Below, piece by piece: positions 57,764 through 64,000 of a stretch of 64,000 bases of DNA (position 1 is its first letter; each line of letters starts with the position of its first letter). The DNA lies in NCBI GenBank assembly GCA_047602405.1, contig JASGHJ010000002.1, positions 576,001 through 640,000 of the forward strand, read 5' to 3'. The notes under the pieces are model-generated. The model did no database searches and was not told the origin of the DNA. It saw only the letters and a list, made by a program, of their open reading frames with translations. This DNA is from Anaeromyxobacteraceae bacterium (lineage in GTDB: Bacteria > Myxococcota > Myxococcia > Myxococcales > Anaeromyxobacteraceae). The position numbers were made by a program, and so were the translations under genes.

Positions 57764-58465
57764 ATGCCCGCCCGACGCCGCGCCCGGAGCCCGTGGTTCA
57801 CGCCCGCGCTCTTCCGGTTCCTCGAGGAGCTGCGCCTCCACAACGACCGCGACTGGTTCGCCCGGAACAAGGACCGCTACCTCGCCGACGTCCGCGACCC
57901 GATGCTCCGCTTCGTCGCCGACGTGGGGCCGGTGCTCCGGAAGCTCGCCCCGCGCCTCGTCGCCGACCCGAAGCCCGTCGGCGGCTCGATGTTCCGCATC
58001 CAGCGGGACACCCGCTTCGCGAAGGACAAGTCGCCCTACAAGACGAACGCCGCCGCGGTGTTCCGGCACGAGGCCGGGCGCGACGTGCACGCGCCGGGGC
58101 TCTACGTCTCCCTGGGACCGGGCGAGGTCGAGGTCGGCGGGGGCGTCTGGCACCCGGAGCCCGAGCACCTCCGGCTGCTGAGGAGGTCGATGGTCGACTC
58201 GCCGGCCGCGTGGAAGAAGGCGCTGGGCGCGAAGGGCGTCTCTCGGCTCACCTGGTGCGGCGACGTGCTCACCCGCACGCCGAAGGGCTACCCCGAGGAC
58301 CACCCGCTCGACGCCTGGCTGCGCAAGAAGGACCTCGCGGCCGGCGCGACGCTCACCGAGCGCGACGCGCTCGCCCCGGACTTCCTCGACCGGTGCGCCG
58401 AGATTCGGCGGCCGCTGACGCCCGCCCTCTCGGTGATGACGAGGGCGGTCGGGCTGCGCTGGTGA
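57764..58465 (+). CDS. DUF2461 (TIGR02453-like) protein
   Basis: FL.EL..HNDRDWF..NK..Y, FRIQRDTRFAKDKSPYKT, PKGYP.DHP. Confidence 0.9.
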   Translation: MPARRRARSPWFTPALFRFLEELRLHNDRDWFARNKDRYLADVRDPMLRFVADVGPVLRKLAPRLVADPKPVGGSMFRIQRDTRFAKDKSPYKTNAAAVFRHEAGRDVHAPGLYVSLGPGEVEVGGGVWHPEPEHLRLLRRSMVDSPAAWKKALGAKGVSRLTWCGDVLTRTPKGYPEDHPLDAWLRKKDLAAGATLTERDALAPDFLDRCAEIRRPLTPALSVMTRAVGLRW

Positions 58466-58496
58466 CGCGCCGGGCGCCGGCGGTGGCGCGCCCCGG

Positions 58497-61400
58497 TCAG
58501 AACCGGATCAGCTGCGCGCGGGCCGCCTCGGCCTCGAACGCCTCCTCCCACCGCGGCCCGGAGAGCCGCTCCGCGAGCGCGACCGCGAGGTGCTTCGGCG
58601 CGTAGCCGAGCGGCACGTTCCGGCCGAGCCCCTGGATGCAGGAGGGGCAGTTCGTCAGGATGGTCGTGGCCGGGGTCTCGTGCCTCGCCTCCGCGAGGGC
58701 GCCGCGCTTTCTGTGCAGCATGGCGTCGGTGATGTCGGGGCGCGAGAGCGCGAGCGTGCCGGCCTCCGAGCAGCAGTGCGGCACCGCGTGCACCTGGCCG
58801 AAGCCGCCGAGCCGGTCGAGCACCTTCAGCGCCTTCCCCTCGAGCGAGTCGTGGCAGGGGGCGTGGTAGAGCGCCTCGCCGTCGCCGCCGGCGGGGGCCT
58901 CGAGGCCGCGCTCGGCGGCGTAGGCCGCGACGTCCACGATGCGCCCGCCGAAGACCCGGCCCGCCTCCATCTCGGCGAGCCCCTCCCGGCAGGTGCCGCA
59001 GGTGACCACGCAGCCGTCGAAGGTGAGGTGGGCGAACATCTCCCGGATCTGGGCGAAGAGGATCGTGTCGTGCAGCTGCGTGCGGCCGTGCTGCTCGGTG
59101 CGCGCGTTCACGCGAGCCGGGAAGCCGCAGCACAGGAACGGCGGCGGCAGGATGACCCGCGTCCCGGTGGCGAGGAGGACATGCAGCGCCGCCATCGAGA
59201 TGCCGGAGTACAGCCGCTCCGAGCCGCAACCCGGGAAGTAGAAGACCGTGCGCGTCGCCGCGCCGGTGGCCGGGTCTCCGGCGGCGGGCGGCTCGAACAC
59301 GAGCACCTGGTCGGGCTCGCAGGCGGGCAGGACGTCGCGCAGGGTCCGCTGCGGCACCTTCGGCACCGGCGAGCGCAGCATGACGAGCGGGTAGGGGCCC
59401 GGGCCGCCGCCGGCGGGCTGGAGCGGCGCCGCGATCGCGCAGCCCATCCGCTGCACCGCCCCGCCGAGCTGGACCACGCCGGCGCGGAAGACCGCGTTGA
59501 AGGTGGGCGAGCGGCTGTCGAGGTACCTGAGCGTCGCGTTCGTCGCCGGGGTGCTCGACTTGTAGCCCCAGGAGGCGAGGAGCTCGCGCTCGAGGATCGA
59601 GACCTTCCCGGAGTCGATGTCGACCGGGCAGGGCGCGAAGCACTTGTGGCAGACGGTGCAGTGGTCGGCGACCTCCTCGAGCCAGCGCAGGAGCTCGAAG
59701 CGCGTCGAGCGCTCGCGCTGCGCGTCGTAGAGGAGGGCCTCGATGAGCGCGCCGATGGCGAGGTTCTTGTTGCGCGGGTGGAAGAACATCCCGCGGCCCG
59801 GGTGGTAGGTGCAGCAGTCGGGCTTGCACTTGCCGCAGCGGACGCAGTGGGCGATCGCCTTCGCGAGCGCCTCGAGCTGCCCGTGCTGCAGGATGCGCGC
59901 CTCGAGCTCGAGCAGGTTGAACGACGGCGTGTAGACCTGGTCGAGGACCGCCCGGTCCTCGAGCTTCCGCGGGTTCATCACGCCGCCGGGGTCCACCGCG
60001 GCGCGGTGGCGGGCGAGCTCCTCGACCCGGCCGGGCTCGAGGTACTTGAGCTTCGTGACGCCGATGCCGTGCTCGCCGGAGACGACGCCGCCCAGCGAGA
60101 CGACCTTCGCCATCACCTTGTCGAGCACGTGGTCGGTCCGCTCGAGCATCTCCCGGTCGTTCGAGAGCACCGGGACGTTCACGTGCACGTTGCCGTCGCC
60201 CGCGTGCATGTGGGTGGCGAGCGCGATGCGCCGGTCGCGCGCGTGGCCGTGCACCTGCTCGAGCGCCTCGACCACCCCGGGGTGGCCGCGGAAGAGCTGG
60301 CCGAGGTCCCGGCGGAGCTCGGCGGTCACCTGCAGCGCGCGCACCGCCGCGGGCCCCGCGCCGGCGAGCGCCTCCCTGGCCTTCCCGAGCCGGTCGAGCG
60401 CGGCGGGGGCCTTGTCGGCCGCCTGGCCCTTGCCGCCGTCGCCGCCGGCCGCCTGCCGCAGCACCGCCTCGGCCCGGTCGAGGAACCGGCCCTGGGCGTG
60501 GCGCTCCTCGTCGACGTTGGTCGCCTCGACCCACCGCGCGAACTCCGCGAGGGCCTCGAGCGGCAGCACGATGTCCTCGTTCATCTTGAACGCGTTCGTG
60601 CGGCGCGCGATGGCGCCGAGGCGCTTGCGGTCGTGCCAGAAGCGCTTCCCCTCCGCCGCGTCGCGCGCGACGAAGAGCTCGGTCGAGGGGTGCGGCCCGA
60701 GGATGCTCCGGATCTTCGCGATGCCGCGCTCGACCTCGGCCTCGGCGTGGCCGACGACGTCGATGAGCAGCACCGCCCGCGGCGTCTCCGCGCGCGCCGC
60801 CTTCACCTGGTAGTCGATGGCCCGGACGTACTCGTCGTCGAAGTGCTCGAGCGCCGAGAGCGCCTCGTGCCCGTCGTTCGGGAACGGGAAGGCGCGGGCG
60901 AGGTCGAGGATCACCTCGGAGGCCTCGTCGAAGTCGGGGCCGAAGAACTCGAGGCAGAGCGTGCGCTGCGCCTCGTACTGCGGGTGGAGGATGAACTCGG
61001 CGGAGGTGATGACGCCGTCGGTGCCCTCCTTCTGGAGCCCGGGCACGCCGCCGAGGGCCTTGTTCGTGATGTCCTTCCAGAGCCCCTTCTTGCGGATCTC
61101 GGCGCCGGTGAGGGCGATGCGCCGGGGGGGCGCGCCCGAGCCGTCGTCGACCTCGAAGGTGACCGGGTCCTGGGGGAGGATCTTGCGGAGCCGGTGATCG
61201 ACGCGGCGCACCGTCCAGGTCCGGCCGCTCGGCATCGCCATCCGCCAGGAGAGCAGGTTGTCGATGCAGGTGCCCCACAGGACGCAGTCCTTGCCGCCCG
61301 CGTTCTCGGCGATGTTGCCGCCGATGGTGCAGGCCCACGCGCTCGTCGGGTCGGTCGCGAACACGAGCCCGCGCTCGGTGGCGTGCTCCATCGCGCGCTC

Positions 61401-62150
61401 GGTCACGACGCCGGCCTCGACCTCGAGCACCTTCGCGGCGCGAGCGACGCCGTCGACCTCGATCGTCCGCTCGGTGACGCCGCGGATGCGGTCGAGCCGC
61501 TCGGAGTTGACGACGACGCAGCGGGGGTGGAGCGGCACGGCGCCGCCGGTCAGGCCGGTGCCCGCGCCGCGCGGGATGGCCTTGAGGCCCAGGCGCGCGA
61601 TCGCGGCGAGGAGCGGCGCGACCTGCGCCTCGTCGGTGGGGAAGGTGACCGCGAGCGGGAGGTGGAGGCGCCAGTCGGTCGCGTCGGTCGCGTGCGACAC
61701 GAGGGTGAACGGGTCGAAGCGGACCGACTCCTGCCCGACCACGCCGCCGAGCTCGCGGGCGAGGAGCCTCCTCAGCTGAGGGGCGGCCTCGACGTCGGCC
61801 CGGAAGGCCGCGAGGGCGCGGCGGCTCTCGCCGAGCACCTCGAACACGAGGGCCTCGCCGCCGGCGTTGGCCTCGACGAGCGCGAGGTCCTTCTCGACGT
61901 TGGCGAAGAAGCGGCGCCGCCGCGCGCGGGACGAGACGAGCTCCTCGAAGAGGTAGGGGTTCCGGCGGTGGACGAGCAGCTCCCCGAAGAAGCGGTTGAG
62001 GAGCCGCGCGCTCCGGCCGGTCACCCGGCGGGTGCGCAGCTCCTCGAGGTGCCTCCAGACCGAGTCGCCGAGCAGGAGCGAGACGGCGCGCCGGTCGTCG
62101 GCGGAGGTGTAGTTGAACGGGATCTCACGGTGAGGAGCGGTGTCGCGCAC
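58497..62150 (-). CDS. Large FAD-linked oxidase / Fe-S / CCG-domain oxidoreductase (DUF3683-type)
   Basis: REIPFNYTS, RGAGTGLTGG, IGGNIAENAGG, HAGDGNVH, SGEHGIG, CxxCxxC clusters, FPGC, CCG, CPSC. Confidence 0.9.
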   Translation of the reverse strand: MRDTAPHREIPFNYTSADDRRAVSLLLGDSVWRHLEELRTRRVTGRSARLLNRFFGELLVHRRNPYLFEELVSSRARRRRFFANVEKDLALVEANAGGEALVFEVLGESRRALAAFRADVEAAPQLRRLLARELGGVVGQESVRFDPFTLVSHATDATDWRLHLPLAVTFPTDEAQVAPLLAAIARLGLKAIPRGAGTGLTGGAVPLHPRCVVVNSERLDRIRGVTERTIEVDGVARAAKVLEVEAGVVTERAMEHATERGLVFATDPTSAWACTIGGNIAENAGGKDCVLWGTCIDNLLSWRMAMPSGRTWTVRRVDHRLRKILPQDPVTFEVDDGSGAPPRRIALTGAEIRKKGLWKDITNKALGGVPGLQKEGTDGVITSAEFILHPQYEAQRTLCLEFFGPDFDEASEVILDLARAFPFPNDGHEALSALEHFDDEYVRAIDYQVKAARAETPRAVLLIDVVGHAEAEVERGIAKIRSILGPHPSTELFVARDAAEGKRFWHDRKRLGAIARRTNAFKMNEDIVLPLEALAEFARWVEATNVDEERHAQGRFLDRAEAVLRQAAGGDGGKGQAADKAPAALDRLGKAREALAGAGPAAVRALQVTAELRRDLGQLFRGHPGVVEALEQVHGHARDRRIALATHMHAGDGNVHVNVPVLSNDREMLERTDHVLDKVMAKVVSLGGVVSGEHGIGVTKLKYLEPGRVEELARHRAAVDPGGVMNPRKLEDRAVLDQVYTPSFNLLELEARILQHGQLEALAKAIAHCVRCGKCKPDCCTYHPGRGMFFHPRNKNLAIGALIEALLYDAQRERSTRFELLRWLEEVADHCTVCHKCFAPCPVDIDSGKVSILERELLASWGYKSSTPATNATLRYLDSRSPTFNAVFRAGVVQLGGAVQRMGCAIAAPLQPAGGGPGPYPLVMLRSPVPKVPQRTLRDVLPACEPDQVLVFEPPAAGDPATGAATRTVFYFPGCGSERLYSGISMAALHVLLATGTRVILPPPFLCCGFPARVNARTEQHGRTQLHDTILFAQIREMFAHLTFDGCVVTCGTCREGLAEMEAGRVFGGRIVDVAAYAAERGLEAPAGGDGEALYHAPCHDSLEGKALKVLDRLGGFGQVHAVPHCCSEAGTLALSRPDITDAMLHRKRGALAEARHETPATTILTNCPSCIQGLGRNVPLGYAPKHLAVALAERLSGPRWEEAFEAEAARAQLIRF

Positions 62151-62331
62151 GCGGGTGGGCCTCTCGGGGGGAGGCGTCAGAGAAGCACGATTCGTGCCCC
62201 GGCATGGAGCCTTCGCGTCGCGGGTTTGCCGGCGTCGACCCGGCGTCGCTGCTGCAAGCTTTTCGCGTCGGGTTCACGGGGTACTGGGCAAATCGACGAA
62301 TCTTTGAAATTCTCGTCCAGTTAACCCGGGG

Positions 62332-62736
62332 ATGACGATGCAGATCCAGTGGACGCCCGCACTGTCCGTAGGGCACGAGCTCATCGACGGCCAGCACCAG
62401 GAGCTCTTCAAGCGCTTCGACGCGCTGGTCGCCGCCCTGTCGCAGGCGGACCGCGCCGCGGTCGGCCAGCTCTACGAGTTCCTCGGCGAGTACGTCGTGA
62501 GCCACTTCTCCGAGGAGGAGCGGCTGATGGAGGTGGCCGGCTACCCCGCCGCCGCCATCCACCGCGCGGCCCACGAGCGCTTCATCCGCGACTACGAGGA
62601 TCTCAAGAAGCTCTACGCGCAGGCCGGCCCGTCCGCCGCGGTCACCGTGAAGACGCAGACCTGGGTCTTCGACTGGCTGAAGGCGCACATCTGCGGGACC
62701 GACATGCGCTTCGCGGAGTGGCTGCGCACGCGCTGA
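62332..62736 (+). CDS. Bacteriohemerythrin
   Basis: W...LSVG...ID.QH, HFSEEE, HRAAH, HICGTD di-iron ligands. Confidence 0.93.
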   Translation: MTMQIQWTPALSVGHELIDGQHQELFKRFDALVAALSQADRAAVGQLYEFLGEYVVSHFSEEERLMEVAGYPAAAIHRAAHERFIRDYEDLKKLYAQAGPSAAVTVKTQTWVFDWLKAHICGTDMRFAEWLRTR

Positions 62737-62837
62737 GCGCGCCCCGGCGGAGGCTGTAAGCGCCGGTGGGACCGCGTGCCTTGAAGCCTCCGGCGAGCGC
62801 GTGCTTGGCTGACGGCTCCTCACCTCCAGGAGCCGCG

Positions 62838-63236
62838 ATGTCCATGCCCCAGGCCGCCGCCACCTTCGACGCCGACGCCCTCGAGCTCGAGGCCCAGCAC
62901 GTCGAGCTCGTCCGCCGCGTGAAGGCGCTCTCCGCGTCCATCGCGAAGGGCACTCCCGACCTCGCCCGCCACCTCGACTTCCTGCAGGAGCACGCGGTCG
63001 CCCACTTCGGCCTCGAGGAGGAGCACATGCGCGCCGCGGGCTACCCGGGCCTGCTGCGCCACCAGGCCGAGCACGACCGCTTCATCGAGGACCTCCTCGA
63101 GCTCGCGCAGGCGCACGAGCAGCGCGGCGCGCTCGCCTTCGCGCACCTCGACACCGAGGGCTGGCTCACGAAGTGGATCGAGCGCCACGTCGGCGGCACC
63201 GACGCCGAGCTCGCGGCCTGGATGAAGGCCCGCTGA
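62838..63236 (+). CDS. Bacteriohemerythrin (second copy)
   Basis: QH, HFGLEEE, HQAEH, HVGGTD; AGGAG RBS. Confidence 0.88.
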   Translation: MSMPQAAATFDADALELEAQHVELVRRVKALSASIAKGTPDLARHLDFLQEHAVAHFGLEEEHMRAAGYPGLLRHQAEHDRFIEDLLELAQAHEQRGALAFAHLDTEGWLTKWIERHVGGTDAELAAWMKAR

Positions 63237-63278
63237 GCCTCCCGCCTCCGTTCCCTTCTTCTGGCCGCGTTTGCGGTG

Positions 63279-63548
63279 GGACGCCTCACGGGGTCTCTCC
63301 GCACCGCTTGGCCTTGGGCAAAGGCCCGCCGCGTCGGGGATCCTGGAGACGGTGGAGCGCTGTGGGAGGCCCGCGGCACCACCACGTGTGCCATGCGAGG
63401 CGGGGGTGACGTCGTGGAGGGCGCAGGGCGGTGACGAAGGCGAGGCGTGACCGGCCGCCTCGCATGTCACACTTGGTGCAGGTCGCGGCTGCGATTTTGG
63501 GCGGGCCTGCCGAAAGCCGGCGGTGCGGAGAGACCCCGCGAGGCGTCC
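63279..63548. repeat. Long nested inverted repeat (MITE-like element or structured RNA)
   Basis: 63279-63330 pairs with 63500-63548; 63371-63403 pairs with 63455-63488. Confidence 0.8.
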
Positions 63549-63590
63549 GGGGAACGTGGAGATGGGGTGAGGAAGCAGAGGCTCAGCGCT

Positions 63591-63764
63591 CGACTGAACT
63601 CAGCTGAACTCCACTGAACTCAACTCTCCCCAACTCAACCACGCCCGCCATCCCTCCTCGACCCACCAACCCCGATCGTAGGCGGCCGGATCGCCCGGCG
63701 AACCGGCCGCCCACGGTCACCCCCAGAGGAAACCCGGAGGAGGAAACCCGGAGAGGAACCCGGG
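63591..63764. repeat. Cluster of short tandem repeats and a GTAG hairpin
   Basis: CTGAACTC x3 at 10-bp period (63594, 63604, 63614); GTAG then GGCGGCCGG/CCGGCCGCC stem (63678-63711); GAGGAAACCCGGA x2 plus a variant (63726-63764). Confidence 0.75.
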
Positions 63765-63769
63765 GCAGC

Positions 63770-64000
63770 CTAGAGCTTGACCTGCAGCTCGTAGCGCCGG
63801 TTCTTCGCCTTCTTCGCCGGCGTGTCGTCGGGCTTCACGAGCATCTTCTCGGAGCCCATCCCGACCGCCTCGATCTCGCCCGCGGGGATCCCCTTCGCGA
63901 CGAGCTCCTTCACGACGACCTGGGCGCGCTTCTCCGAGAGCTCCTTGTTCTTGGCGGCGTCACCCGAGCTGTCGGTGTGCCCGGACACCACGAACTTGAA
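63770..64000 (-). CDS. C-terminus of an OmpA/MotB-family protein (truncated by window edge)
   Basis: SGHTDSSG...N.ELSEKRA..V...G.G...NRR. Confidence 0.9.
   Translation of the reverse strand, partial: FKFVVSGHTDSSGDAAKNKELSEKRAQVVVKELVAKGIPAGEIEAVGMGSEKMLVKPDDTPAKKAKNRRYELQVKL

Noticed and set aside
58288..62324. 1244-aa (+) and 1016-aa (-) ORFs overlapping the FAD/Fe-S oxidoreductase
   Set aside because: Shadow ORFs; the motif-rich frame is 58497..62150 (-)
1..64000. tRNA, rRNA, prophage, retron/RT or Cas genes
   Set aside because: No recognisable signatures found by eye; a covariance-model scan was not possible, so small RNAs could be missed

Overview
Very GC-rich, gene-dense chromosomal window from a myxobacterium-like organism; the protein content most resembles Anaeromyxobacter, which is an inference. 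About 57 CDS are supported. They include a PadR-HlyD-ABC efflux operon, rsgA, a ybgA-class II photolyase pair, a GH128 lipoprotein and a 1.5-kaa Ig/Kelch surface lipoprotein with a partner gene. Also present are an HDOD/two-component cluster, an AidB-like acyl-CoA dehydrogenase, a liv-type ABC operon, an SBP-OmpA fusion, a DEAD-box helicase, a KaiC-like ATPase plus hybrid kinase, an AlkB/AraC/PD40/TonB run, a large FAD/Fe-S oxidoreductase and two hemerythrins. I found no rRNA, tRNA or CRISPR. The strongest leads are non-coding or mobile: (i) an HUH/RAYT-type tyrosine transposase bracketed by ~25-bp imperfect terminal inverted repeats, (ii) a GTAG-tagged REP family with a covarying hairpin, a REPIN-like doublet and a 50-bp tandem array, and (iii) a ~270-nt nested hairpin element near the window end. 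A recurrent TAnnnT-like -10 box 6-7 nt before start codons suggests pervasive leaderless transcription and supports two small membrane ORFs missing from the ORF track. Five single-base insertions break four genes and are probably sequencing errors. All product calls come from motif recognition only; no database searches were run.
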